Source: Narcine bancroftii (Eukaryota). From it: 64,000 bases of DNA. Numbering within the stretch: the first letter of the stretch is position 1; every line of letters starts with the position of its first letter. This document shows positions 11,093 to 24,206 of this stretch, one piece after another. The notes beneath the pieces are model-generated. The model was not told where the DNA came from. It saw only the letters and a program-made list of their open reading frames with translations, and did not search any database. The DNA is taken from NCBI RefSeq assembly GCF_036971445.1, contig NC_091469.1:318742001-318806000 (forward strand). The letters are read 5' to 3'. The position numbers and the translations under genes were made by a program.

Positions 11093-11466
11093 CAGTGGTT
11101 CTTAACCTTTTTCTTTCCACTCACATCCCACTTTAAGTAATCCCTATGCCATTGTGCCCTGTGATTAGTAAGGGATTGCTTAAGGTGGGATGTGAGTGGG
11201 AAGGAAAGGTTGAGAATCACTGCTCTAGACCCAATTGTTAATGAAATATTTTGCTCGAGAAAAATTGTCGTTGGCCCATTTCCTTTAGAGTTATGAAACT
11301 GTGCACATAACGAGTCAAAGAGGGACAATTATAACAGTGGGTTTCAACCTTTTTCTTTCCACCCACATCCCACCTTAAGGAATCCCTTACTCATCACAGA
11401 GCACTGATAGCATAGGGATTCCTTAAAGTGGGATGTGAGTGGAAAGAAAAAGGTTGAGAACCACTG
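11093..11466. mobile_element. hAT/Charlie-like composite MITE (two palindromic ~130-bp units flanking a spacer)
   Basis: TIR CAGTGGTTCT(T/C)AACC. Units 11093-11222 and 11335-11466 are each self-complementary. Flanks CATTAAGG/ATTAAAGG resemble an 8-bp TSD. Confidence 0.85.
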
Positions 11467-11625
11467 ATTAAAGGAAAATTTGGACAGGTATATGAATGGG
11501 AGAGGTATGGAGGGCCATGGAATGAGTGCAGGTCAGTGGGATGAGGCACAAACAATTGGCACAGACTAGAGGGGCCGAAGAGGCCTGTGTCTGTGCTGCA
11601 ATGGTTCGATGGTTCCATTTAAATT
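11467..11625 (+). mobile_element. CR1 3' end fragment
   Basis: TTGGACAGGTATATGAATGGGAGAGGTATGGAGGG...GGGCCGAAGAGGCCTGT...ATGGTTC tail. Confidence 0.7.
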
Positions 11626-12034
11626 TTGAATTTTGTTTTAACATGTGAGAATCAGAATTTATTGTCATGAACACATCAGAAAATTAATTGGTTTGCTGTG
11701 GCATATCACAGTGCGAACATTTATATGAACCTCCTCACAAAATAAATAAAAACAGTGTAAGAAAAAGAAAAAAGTTTAAAAAAGACCATTTTTGTGAGGT
11801 TCAAATTCAAGTTCATTATCATGCAATTGTATAAATACAACTGGAGTGTATAAATACACTTCTGTCCGCGGTGTAAAAACATGCAAACACATACATACAT
11901 AGATAAAGCACAAATAATTACAAGGGATTTATATGCAGCACACATATCAAAATAAATAAATATTGTTAAATAAATAGTAGAGTCTCCGAGGAATTGTATG
12001 AGCAGTTCATCAGTCATTCGGAAGTCTCACTTCC

Positions 12035-13730
12035 CCTACAATAACTTCAGATTCCCTGAACCGGACCACCTCATCTTCACGATGGATGACCAATATACTT
12101 TATACAGTACCTCCACCCCCCCCCCCTCATCGAAAGATCTTAAAGCACTTCACTTCTTTCTGAACCAGTGACTTGACCAGTCACCCTCTACTAACCCCCT
12201 CCTCCCCTGGCAGAACTTGTCCTCACTCTAAATAACTTCTCCTTTAACTCATCCAACTTCCTCCATATCAAAAGAGTAACCATGAGGACCCCCATGGGTC
12301 CCAGTTACGCCTGCCTGTTTATGGGCTTTGTGAAGCAATCCAAGTTACAAGCCTACACAGGAAAGACCCCCCCCCCCACAACTCTTCTTCCAGTATATCA
12401 ACTACATCAGGGCTGGCTCATGCACCTGTGATGAGTTTGTCAAATTCATCCACTTCACTTCCAACTTCCACCCTGATCTCAAACTCACCTGGTCCATCTC
12501 CAATAACACTCTCCCCTTTCTGGATCTCTCTGTCTCCTTCTCAGGAGAAAAGCTTTCCACTGACATATATCACAAACCCTCCAACTCCCACAACAACCTG
12601 GACTACACTTCCTCACACCCTGCCCTCTGCAAGGATTCCATCACCTTCTCTCAATTTCTCCATCTCCGCCGCATCTGGTCCCAAGATGAGGTTGTCCAGT
12701 CCAGAGCTTCTGAAATGTCTGCCTTCTTCCACAAATGTGGCTTCCCCTCCATCACTCAGCCCTCACCTGCATCTCCTTCATTCCCCACTCATTTGCCCTG
12801 GTTCTCTCTGCCTCCAGGCTCAACAAATATTGATCCGCCCCTCATCCTCACCTACCACCCCACCAGCCTCCGCATCCAACATATATCATCCGCTAGAATT
12901 TCCGGCACTTACTACAGGATCCCACAACCAGACAGTTTTCCCTCTCCTCTCCTCTCAGCCTTCTGCAGGGACCACTCCCTCCATGACTCCCATGTGCACA
13001 TTCCTCCCCACCCATCGCACCCCCCCCCACCCACTCCAGTACCTTCCCCTGTGGCTGCTGGAGGTGCAACATTTGCGCTCACACCTCCCTCACCACGGTC
13101 TGGGGCCCCAAACAGTCCTTTCAAGTGAAGCAATGCTTACTTGCAGGACTGATTTACTGTATCCAGTGCTCGCTTTGTGGCCTTCACTACATCAGAGACT
13201 GAACACAGACTGGGAGATTGCTTCGATTAGCTCCTTCGCTCTGTCCACACCAGTGACAGGAATCTCCCAGGAACCAACCATTTCAATTCTGCATAACACT
13301 TCCAAATTCACATGGTTGTCCATGGCCTTATGTACTGTTCCACCCAGGCCACCCACAGATTGGAGGAACGACACCTGATTTTCCATCTGGACCCTCTCCA
13401 GCCAGGTGGCATTAACACCGACTTCTCTGGTTTCTGTTAACTTCCTGTTCCCCCTCCTTCCTCTCCTCCCCCTTTCCAGTTCTGCTCCCTCCCTTCCCCC
13501 AGCCATCCCTCCTCCCCTTGCTCACTCTTTTTCTCTTCCTCCCTTCTCCACTTATCACCTCCTGCCTTTGCAACCACACCGCCTACTCTTTTGTTCGGAC
13601 GCCTGCCGACATTTTCTTATACTTTGATGAAGGGCTCAAGCCCGAACTGTCGGTTATATATTTTTACCTTTGCCATGAGGAGGACACTGTTTGACCAGCT
13701 GAGTTTCTCCAGCTTTGTGTTTTTACTTCT
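12035..13730 (+). mobile_element. Penelope-like retroelement (RT plus GIY-YIG remnants and 3' pLTR), decayed
   Basis: Frameshifted RT motifs (PMGPSYACLFMGFV, NFHPDLKLTW, LPFLDL, SSHP...CKDSITFSQFL), GIY-YIG region near 13150-13440, hammerhead-like motif at ~13625. Confidence 0.9.
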
Positions 13731-14270
13731 GTGTTTCTTTCCTGATGGGAGCAGATGCTGTGTGCCAGGTAGAAGGGGCCCTCAACAATTTTCTGAGCCC
13801 TCTTCAGACAAAGATCTCAGTTGATCATAGCAATTGTGGGGGGGATGGAGACCCCAATGAGCCTCCCTGCTGCTTTTCTGGTCCTGTGTATTGACCTCCG
13901 ATTAATCCTCTACAGTAACTATACCACTCTGTGATGCAACTAGCCAGGATGCTCTTGATCAAGTCAACAGGATAGTGGTCGGTTGTCTTGTCCACATCAG
14001 TCTTCTTGGGAAGTGCAGTCGCTGTCACATCCTCCTGACAAGTGAGGAGATGTTGTGTGCCCAGGATAGGCCACTACTCAAGTGGACTCCGAACTTGGCA
14101 CTCTCTACTCCCTCCACTACTGATCTATTAATGTGTAGTGGAGGGTGGTCATCCCTGGTCCTCCTGAAGTCCACAGTCACTTCACTTCTCTTGTCCATGC
14201 GGAGACTCAGGTTGTTATCCTCGCACAATAACACCAGATTTTCCACCTCTTCTCTGTAGTGCAACTGATG
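13730..14270 (-). mobile_element. Rex-Babar LINE RT C-terminal fragment
   Basis: YREEVENLVLLCEDNNLSLRMDKRSEVTVDFRR...VESAKFGVHLSSGLSWAHNI; IKSILASCITEWY. Confidence 0.85.
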
Positions 14271-14634
14271 AGGCTGTTTTTGAATGCCTCACCATTGTCA
14301 ATAAAAGTAGCCCTCGCAGAATCGTCTCCTGATGCAGAGGTAACGGTTCCAACATTATCTTAAGGAGCGCAGTGGTAGTTACCACAATCTGAAGAATGTC
14401 ATTGGTTCCCGGAAGAATTTAACTGCTGGAGGAACTCAGTGGGTCAGGCAGCATATGTGGAGGGAAATGAACAGTCGATAAACTTTGCTTAACATCCCAA
14501 AACATTTTCCTCCATGGATGCTGCCTGGCCTGCTGAGTTCCTCCAGTTCATTTTATTTTGCTCTGGATTTAGTGCCTCATTCTCTTCAGCATCTATTCTA
14601 TCAAATATTCTACCAGAACGCACTGTATCCAATT

Positions 14635-14868
14635 TTATTGAGACATACAGCACGGTAACAGGTCTTTCCGGCCCAATTACACTCAATTAATCTACAACCC
14701 TCGGTATGTTTTGAACGGTGGAAGGAAGCCAGAGCCCCCGGGGAAAACCCACACATATGCAGGGAGAGCATACAAACTCCTTACAGACAACACGGGATTC
14801 GAACTCCAGTTCCGATGGCTGACGATGTAACAGCGTTGTTGCGCTAACCACTAAGCCAACCATGCCCC
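14635..14868 (-). mobile_element. tRNA-derived SINE
   Basis: Reverse complement of the family core. Confidence 0.8.
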
Positions 14869-15494
14869 CTTCAAAGATGCCTCTCCATTTTAAGTTATAT
14901 CAGCTCTTTGGCAAGAACTGACTCTGTGAATCCTCATGGTCCACTCGTATACCTTTACGATTCAATACTTAGCTGACTGATAATTTCTGAAATAAAGCAC
15001 TGGATTTGATAGAATCCTAATCAACCCATATCTTGGGATCCATTGACCTAAAAAAATATTTTAAATAATAATACACCTTCGAAGAGGAAAACTGCAAGCA
15101 ATTATGCTGATTTTATACAATCAATATTGCCCGATGAAATTATTGCACGTAGAAAGACAACAAAAGTAAAAAATATACAATGAATTATTTTGAAAAAAGC
15201 GTAGCAATGAACACAAACTGCCCAAAGCAGCTCCGTGATTTTAAACTTGCCCAAGTATGATCCTTCACCCCGATGAATCTAACACAGTTCAGCATAATCA
15301 TAAAAGTCTTCAACATGTGAGATGTAAAAGCTCCTCGTGGTCAAATGGAAACTCGCTGTGAACGTATAAGCAGAAACTGACTGCAACCGAGGCTTACTCG
15401 AAACTTCATGTGAGCTGGCGAAGGAAAGGAAAAGTACCCACATTAATGCTGTGTCAAGTACTATTTTATATTTAGAATTGACACAGGGAAATTT

Positions 15495-15690
15495 AATTTA
15501 ATTTTGACATACCAGGCCTTTTCGACCCTTGAGCCTGTGCCACCTAATTACCCCCATTTGACCTAAAACCCCCACATATTTTGAATGGTGGGAGGAAACC
15601 GGAGCCACACAGACATGAGGAGAACATACAAATTCCTTACAGACAGCATGGGATTTGAGCCCGGATCATTGGCGCTGTAACCATGTGGTC
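15495..15690 (-). mobile_element. tRNA-derived SINE (5' truncated)
   Basis: Reverse complement of the family core. Confidence 0.75.
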
Positions 15691-16465
15691 AAAACACACC
15701 AAAATTCTGGAGGAATTCAGTCTTTTCAGAGTCCATTAAAAGCAAAGATACATTTCGGGCCTGAGCCCTTCTGCAAGGAATAAGAATAAGCCAACAGCAG
15801 GAAATCTCAGAAAGTCTCAGAATTCAGACAATGCCGGCTGTGGGAGGAATCCAGACCAACAAAAGGTGTTCATTGGAGATGATAAGAAATGAGGATTTAT
15901 TTTGTTTGAGTGAAAGGAGACAGGGAAGGGAGAGACAAAGATGGGGGAAAGCGACGGGGAAGAAGGGGGGGATTTAATGAAAGTCATGGATGTCAATATT
16001 AATGCCATCCATTGGAGGCTTGTGCTGAATGTCTGCCAATCTGCCTGTCTCCCCCCTCTGGCGAGCCTTGCTGTACTAACATTGGCTATGCATCATCTCT
16101 ACTTTTAAGGACACTCTCCTTGGGTATAACTGTGCATGCACCCATTATCTTTCATTATTGTACCATAAGTTTCTGCTAATAAAAGCCATGATTATTGTTT
16201 GACCACATTGTCTTTGTCTACCTCATCAACTGGCAGTTCAAGGCTGCTCAGTTGGAAGATGAGGTGTTATTCATCCAATTTGTGACTAGTCTCAATCTGG
16301 CAGTGCACGAGTCTAAAGACAGACACATCAGCAAGGGAAATGGGATGGGGACTTGAAATGGGTGGCCACTGGGAGATCCACGCTATTGTGATGGACAGAG
16401 CTGAGGTGCTCAGCAAAGTGATCTCCCAGTCTGCCTCAAGTCTCTCCGACGTAGAGGAGATCATC
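15690..16465 (-). mobile_element. Penelope-like 3' fragment, interrupted at ~16020-16245 by an unrelated short LTR-like piece
   Basis: Similar to 5418-5865; hammerhead-like motif at ~15750-15780. Confidence 0.7.
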
Positions 16466-16668
16466 TTGCACTAACCTTGTTGCACCAGCCGCAATGCTAA
16501 TCCTGTTAGAAATGTTAGAGAACATGTGGTAAAGGAGAAAAGGCCCATTCTCAGGGGTGAATAGGTAGCAGGAAGTTGATGAAGAGTAACCGTGTTGGAA
16601 GTTGGATTTTTCCCCTATTTTTCTGGATGAAAGGCAACATTTATCCCTAATTCTTTTCCAGAAAATAC

Positions 16669-16722
16669 CTTCTTGAAATAACGTAGACTTGTTCTTGTAG
16701 GTACTCCCACAGTGTTTTTGAA
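16669..16722 (-). CDS. Candidate 54-nt exon
   Basis: aactccag acceptor, AAG|gtattt donor, two open frames; paired with a 37-nt candidate (16799-16835, GA|gtaagg) across a 76-nt intron. Confidence 0.2.
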
Positions 16723-16857
16723 CTGGAGTTACAAGATTTGGACCACAAAAGAAAGCTGCTCAGGAGAGGCATGTTGTGAATTTTACAATGGTCCTTACTC
16801 ATGAAGAGCGTATCTGAGGGATCTGGAACCAGCATCTACAGGCTTCCAAAGTTGTGT

Positions 16858-17080
16858 GAAACACAAAAGCTTGCAGACAGGGTGATTGCAGAAAAAAAAT
16901 CCCCAAAATGTTGGAGGAACTCGACCGGTCTTTTCTCCATCCATAGGAGACAAAGATACATTGCTGATGTTTTGGGCCTGAGCCCTTCTTCAAGGAATGA
17001 GCCAGAAGCAGGACACCTCAGAAAGTCTCAGAATTCAGACAATGGGGGGAGGACTCCAGACCAACAAGCGGTATTAATCG
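16858..17080 (-). mobile_element. Penelope-like terminal fragment
   Basis: Similar to 4693-4900, including the GGGCCTGAGCCCTTCTTCAAGG motif. Confidence 0.7.
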
Positions 17081-17319
17081 GTTCCTTCCTCGTGAAATCA
17101 AGATGAGGCCCAAGCGGTTGTGGAGAAGAGCTCAAGATGTGGCAGGCAAATCTGTCAGTAAATGTGGCCCTCTTGCATGACTCTGTGAAGTGCGTTAGAC
17201 ATAGACGCATGCCGAGATGCTGTTCGGAAAACTTTGAAAATATATTTACCTCCATTGGAATTCATTTTCCAAACTCTGAGACAGAATCCTTGTGAAATGA
17301 ACTTTACAACTCTGTGTAT

Positions 17320-18259
17320 TGTGACAGAGTGTATAGAAATGTTTTTGGAAGATACATTGGGAAAAAGTTTTGTTAGAGTAGATCACATGCAAACACTTTA
17401 AAACAGATCTTATTTGAAATACTGGAAACATAGTGGCTTCTCTCACCTTTGGGCAGGAGTTTTGAAGAGTGCTCAGAGAGAGGTCACTGATGAGTTCTTG
17501 TTTACCTAAAAGCAACACATGAACCAGAAGACTGACTTCTATTGTTTGCTAGAGAGGGTCAGGTGGTTTTGCAAGTAGGGAGAGAGTCAAGCAAGCTGTC
17601 TCAGTCTCTGAGTGTCTATGAGAAAGAGAGAAAGCTGTGTCATGCAGCAGGCTTGCTGGAACTGAAAAAGGAAAAGCCGACAAGAAGCTCCAGAGTGTAA
17701 GATGGGCTAGAGAACTGGCTGTCTAATGTTTCACTTGGAATAAGAGAAACAGAAAGGAACTCTGTGGAGACCTGAAAGAAAAAGGTTATCATCTGGAGAA
17801 CCCTGAAGGGAGCAAGTTTCGTCAACAAGACACTGAGGTGACTGAGGGAAGTATTTCAGTTGTGGATGCCCTGGAACAGCACATCTCTCTCTGCAAGCCT
17901 ACAAGAATCTGCTGAGCTGTAACCATTTACCTTTTGAGCACCAAAGCCTGGTGAACTTCATACATGCTACATTCTGTGCACAGTATAAGAATTGCCTGCA
18001 ACCAGTGAACTTGGAGGAGTGAGAAGTGAGATTGGACTGTGAACCAAAGAACTTTTCTGAACTTATATACATATTACACACACATGCGCTTAGAATTAGA
18101 AAGGGGTTAAGTTAGGTTAGTTAAGTCAATAGTGATAAGTTAAAGTGTGATTCTGTTTTCATGTTTAAAGATAATTAAAAACAACTTTTGTTTAAGTAAC
18201 TATTTGTCTTGGTGAATATCTATTGCTATTGGGTTATGGGGTCCTTTGGTCTCGTAACA
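17320..18259 (+). mobile_element. Complete solo LTR, family A (940 bp)
   Basis: TGTGACA...GTAACA termini with a perfect 4-bp TSD GTAT (17316-17319 and 18260-18263). Confidence 0.92.
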
Positions 18260-18601
18260 GTATCTGTAGTGGCATCAGCATTGCCAATGCCATAACACTT
18301 TGGAGCCCAGAGGAGGTCCACAAACCAAATCAGCTGAAACTTGAAGAATACCAGCAGGTTGCTCTTCAAAGATTTTTAGTTGCACAGAGAGAGGGATTAG
18401 TGAGAAAGTCCAGCTCATAGGTTCCGTCACCATAACAAAAGACAGCAGAAGAGAAACACCATTTTAACAGGTGGGAGATTGAAAACTTGACTATGTGGAT
18501 TCAGAATTGGCTTGCCTGCAGAATGGTGGTGATGGATGGAATGCATTCTAGCCTGGAGGTCAATGACCCATGGAGTTCTGCAAGAGTCTGCTCTGGGACC
18601 C

Positions 18602-19425
18602 TGTTGTGTGGAAAGGGAAACGTTCAGTGGATTCAAAGAGCAGAGAGTCTGGTCATAGGAATGATCTTTATTAAAACACATGCAAGGGGATCGCAGCAGG
18701 GATAACATACACACTTATTCTTCAATCACACAACACAGTATCATTAATCACATCGGACTTAACACCTCCAATACTAGCAACTGCTTACACTCATACAAAC
18801 ACTATACAACCCAGTCACATTGATCTTTAACGCTACTGATACTAGCAACTGTTTATATAGACTTATAACAACCAAGGATTATTAACACTAGCTGTCATCT
18901 TGTCTAACGTGGGCAAGGCTCCAATGCTATCTAACAACCCTGATCCCTGTGTTGTGCACTCCTTACCTATTGTCAACATTTCGTGACCTTGAATGGAGCA
19001 GCGTTTGTCTCAGGACCGAAGAGCAAAAGAGAAGGGGCTACTGTACATGGTGGACTTTATTGTAAAGTTAGCTGGAGGGCCTGGTCCAGTAATCAGTAGG
19101 TCATTAAAGGGGCCAATGGTCAGGTGTGCACCAATAGATGGGCAGAGTCCAACCTTGATTGGCAGGTGATGTGACTTCCAAGTAGGTTCTAGACAGAGAA
19201 GTCACATGAACCTCCACCAATCCTCACTCTCACCAGTTCCAGACAAAGAGGTCACATGTCCCTCCATAATCCTCGTGCTTACCAGGTTCCAGGTGGAAAG
19301 GTCACATAACCTTCCAAAATCTGCACTCCCACCAGGTTCCAGATGGAGAGGCCATGTAATTCTCCACAATCCACCTTCCCACCAAATTGCAGATGGAGAG
19401 GTCACATGACTCTCCACAACCCACT
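18602..19425 (-). mobile_element. LTR-like insertion with internal GGTCACATG-containing tandem units
   Basis: Interrupts the CR1; minus-strand AATAAA at ~18667; repeated GGTCACATG motifs at 19200-19410. Ends and TSD not clean. Confidence 0.55.
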
Positions 19426-22400
19426 CTATAGACCACTGCTCTTCATTATTTTTTATAAATGACTTAGATGAAGAAGTGGAAGTATGGGTAAGTAAGTCTG
19501 CAGATGATATGAAGGTTGGAGGTGTTATGGATAGTGTAGAAGGTTGCCATAGGTTACAGAAGGATATAAACAGGAAGCAGAATTGGGCAGAGAAATGGCA
19601 GATTGGGTTCATTCCAGATAAATTATAAGTGATGCACCTTGGAAGGTTAAACTTGAATGCAGATTACATGGTTAATGGCAGGATTCTTAACAATGTGGAA
19701 AAACAAGATGCTACGTCTCAAACCAGCAACAACAGAAGGCATCATTCAAAAGGGTTAAATTTTTATTAATGACTATTGACAATATAATGCCTTAACACAA
19801 TTAACCCCACTTTAAATATCTACAGCAAATATACAGATATCATATATTTATAAACAGTGTGTATGTGAAAAACCCAGACCATTACAGTCTGTGCCCAATA
19901 ATCAAAAAGGAAAAATCCCAAAAACCCCAGGTCAGTCAGTCGAGTAAGTCAGTCCATAAAAACACAGACCACTGAATTCAAACTCAAAGTTCAATGTCTA
20001 AGTTCAGTTCTTTAACTGATAACAAAGGAGATCATAGTGAATATTTGAGAGAGAAATGACTGATGTTTCATTGCAGTAAACTTACAAATCCTCACTTATG
20101 AGGCATGTGCATTTCACACAGCTCTCCAGCTGCCTTCTGCTGCTCCAACTGCCGCTCTCTCCTTCACAGCTGGACTCCCTTTGGTCTCGAGTGTTCCAAG
20201 CAATTGGCAAGTCAGCACTCAGCTGTTTCACAGAGTTCTTAGCAGAAATCCATCCTTGATAATGACAGTCCACAGTCCAAAAGGTCAGTCCATGGTCTAT
20301 AACACCTCCGACTCACAAAGAAAATTGTGGTCTGTAAGGACAAAGTTTTAGGAATTAATTAAAGTGTCACAATATAAAACAAAACATTATGTTCATCTAC
20401 AAGCACACACAAAGTAATTAATTTCATTTACAAAGTTTAGCATCTAGAAGAGCAATCAGAAATTACATTATCTTTTTCCTTTAATGTGTGTTATCATTAA
20501 ATCATACTCTTGTAAAATCAAACTCCAAATTAACAATCATCTAATCTTATTCTTCATTTTACACACAAAAAAAACCAATGCATCATGATCAGTATACATC
20601 ATAAACAGTTTTAAGCTGTATAAATATAAATGTAAAAATGTTGGAGAGCCAACACAAGAGCTAACAATTCTTTCATAATGGTAGAATTACTCTTCTGATG
20701 ATCATTAAACTTCTTGAGAAGTAGAATACTGGGTGGTCAATATCATCATCATTCTTCTTCTGTAACAACACTGCACCCATAGCTTCATCACTGGCATCCA
20801 CAGCTAAAGAAAATGGTTTCTCTAAATCAGGTGACTTAAGCACAGGCTGGTGCCATAAAATGGCCTTCAATTTTACAAATGCTTCTTGGCAACATTTTGA
20901 TGATAAAAATCTTTCTCCCTTCTTTAACAGTTTTGTTAGAGGGAGTGTAATATCTGCAATTTTTTACAAACTGTTTGATAGTAGCCAATCCTTCCCAGGA
21001 ACCTTTGAAGTGTTTTCTTTCTAATTGGAACAGGGAACTCAGATATAGTCAAAACCTTGGCCTCAACTGGTGCCAACTGCCCCTATCAAGATAAAGTAAC
21101 AGTCACATGACCAAACTAACTTTTACTTAAATTAACTGAGATTTGCTTTTGAAAGTCATTTGAACAATCCTTCTAACTCAAGGACATGCTGTTCCCATGT
21201 GTCACTACTTAGAACAAAATCATCAATGTGTGTGCTTCAACCCCTGAATTACAGAATTAACCATTCTTTGAAATGTGTCTGGAGCATTCTTCATTCCAAG
21301 CAGCATTACATTGAACTCATGCAGCCCAGATGTTACAAAATGCAGAAATCTCTTTACCCCTATCTGTTACACACCAGTAACCTTTCAACTAGTCAATTTT
21401 AATAAGACATTTTGCCTTCCCCACCTTGTCTATACAATCATCCACTCTAAGAATTGGATAAGCATCTGTCTTTGTCACAGCATTTACCTTCCTATAGTCA
21501 ATAGAAATCCTAACAGTTCCATCTGGCTTTGGCACTAAAACACAAGGTGAACTCCATTTCAAAGTGGACTTTCTAATGATACCATTCTTCAACATGTAGT
21601 CAATTTCCTGATCTACTCGTCTGCACTTTTCCATATTCATCCAAAAGAAATGTTGTTTGAGAGGACTAGCATAACCTACATCAACATCATGATAAGTTAT
21701 GGAAATTCTCTCAGGTACATCTGGAAATAAATTCTCAATTTTTTAAAGTAATTGGTTCATTTTTTTTCCTTTCTAAAGTTTGGAGATGAGCCAACTTTGT
21801 TTCCAGGTCCAGCAAAACCATTGAATTTTCCAACCTTGGGTTTATCAACTTTTGTTTCCCATGACCTTCTCTGAAACTTGTTCTATTTGTCTCCTCATTA
21901 TACTGGTCGATAACCATCACCTCTGGTGAAAGTTTAGTCTCACTGTGAGGCATCTGCTCAAAATACGGCTTAATCATATTTACATGACAGACTCGAGTTT
22001 CTTGTCTGTGATTAAGTGTTTCAATAACATAAGTGACCTAATTTATTTTAGATGTAACTTAGAGTCATGAAAACCTCGCCCTAAGAGGATTTGAATGTGT
22101 AGGAACCAACATTTTGTCACCAGGTTTAAAATTTTTCTTCTTTGCCTTGCAATCATACCAAACCTTCATCTTCTGTTGAGTGGCCTTTAAACTCTCCTTT
22201 GCCATTTCACAAGCTTTATGCAACCTATCCATCAAATTGCACAAAATTATTAACCTACTGTTCCTTTAATAACATTAAAGGTCCTCTCACCTAATGTCCA
22301 AACACTAACTTGAATGAACTAAAACCAAGTGATTCTTGGAAAGACTCCCTCACTGCAAATGAACCCTTCATACCAATCCTTTTCATTCTCAAAATTATAA

Positions 22401-24206
22401 GTTCTCATCATGTTTAACAGGGTTGAATGGAACCTCTCAAAGGTGCCTTGACTCTCTGGATGGTATACAGAAGACACAATCTGCCTTACTCCCAATTTAT
22501 AAACCACTTGTTGGAATAAGCCTGACAGAAAATTATTCCCTTGATCTGACTGAATTTCTCTAGGTGGGCCATGCAAGGCGAAACATTTTAACAAAGCTCC
22601 CTTAGCTTTAATGTTTCTCAGAGGATTGGCCTCCAGGAACCTTGTGGCTGCACACATAATTGTCAACAAACACTGATTCCCAACTGTGGCTTTGGGCAAT
22701 AGGCCAACAAAGTCCACAATCACTTTGGAGAAAGGCTCACCAAAAGCAGAGATAGGTTGTAAGGGTGCCATTGGGGGATCCTGATTAGGTTTACCCACCC
22801 CCTGACAAGTATGACAGGCCTGGTAAAAGCTTATGACATCCTTTCTTAAACTAGGCCACTAAAATTGTTTCGTTGTCTTTCTATAATTTTCTTCAGCCCA
22901 AGGTGACCACTGAAGGGCATCCTATGAGCCAAAATTATAATTTCATCCCTATAGACTTTAGGAATCACAACCTGGTTCATTACTGCTCAAACATCACTGG
23001 GGGAAAAGATCATGTGGTCTACAATTTCTCATTAATACTCCATCTTTAACATAATAACCCACTGGCACTTTCTTAACTTCCTCATCAAAGAGAGTTTTAT
23101 CTCTCACCTGCAAGATCAGAATCCTTATTTTGCCTTGTTATCCTGTCTGGATAGCGACAAATCTATAGCCTTATCAGTGCTTGGGTCGAATAAAGAAGAT
23201 TGCTTAACCTTTACCAGGTCATTTCTACTTAAATGCTGTTTATGACCATCACAGACTTTATTTTCTGTCAAATCATGGTCTAACACAAGTGACTGAGCAG
23301 CCACAGTATTTCATAAGATTTTCACTGGCACTTGTTTCAACCTTTCTTTAACTGAAACCAAACGCTCAGTCACAAAAGGCTGGAATACATCCCTAATGTT
23401 ATCAGTAACTTTGGATCCTCCCTGGTTTTTACACCTCTCACTTTGAATACAGGAATTTGGTGCTACCTCTTTTTGTCTCTTCTTTTTCAGCACAGGACAA
23501 CTTGTGATCATGTGACCAGCCATCTTTCTGTAGTGGCAAAGGGGACCCGAAGGTTTTTCCTTTACCAACTTTCATTCATCTTTATGCATAATACTACTTC
23601 CAAATTAATTCTCCACCTTACTTGGATTATCCATAGTGTACTTTATAAAATACCAATTAGGCTTATGTGTTGAAGCTTATTCATCTGCTAATTTAGTGGG
23701 CTTCAGCCGTTTTCACTTCCTTCTCATCCAAGTATGCTTCAATATCATCAGGAACGCATCTTTAAATCTCATCAATTATTATCAACTCTCTCAATTGATT
23801 ATAATCGTTGTTTACAGTCTTTCATGTGCACCACTGGTCAAACCACACAATCTTTTCACAAGCAAAATCTGAATAAGATTGAGTTTTTGATTTTTTTAAA
23901 TTCCTGAACTTCTGTCTGTAAGCCTCTGAAATTAACTCATAAGTCTGGAGTATAGCTTTTTTCACAATTTCATAATTAGCAGGCTTGCTCTGTGGTAAGG
24001 AAAGACAGAATATGCTTGTTGGCATTTTTCTTTTAACTATACTCTGGAACAAAAGAGACCATTGGTTTTGTGGCCAAGTTAAATTCACAGCCATTTTCTC
24101 AAAATGCTGAAAATATTTATCTATCTCAGCTTCCTCAAACAGAGGAACTAACCTCTTTTCTACTGGCCATAAACATCTCACCATGACCAAGAATTTGATA
24201 TTGGGT

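Noticed and set aside
12428-13378. 316-aa Ser/Pro-rich ORF as a host gene
   Set aside because: It is an alternative frame of the C-rich strand of a decayed Penelope element; a paralogous copy lies at 50655-52000.
14955-14990. Minus-strand exon-like segment with good splice sites
   Set aside because: Stops in all three frames. It shows that chance pseudo-exons occur here and lowers confidence in the other short candidates.
19200-19410. CRISPR-like repeat-spacer array (also 40085-40290)
   Set aside because: The units are degenerate tandem repeats without unique spacers, the context is eukaryotic, and there are no cas genes.
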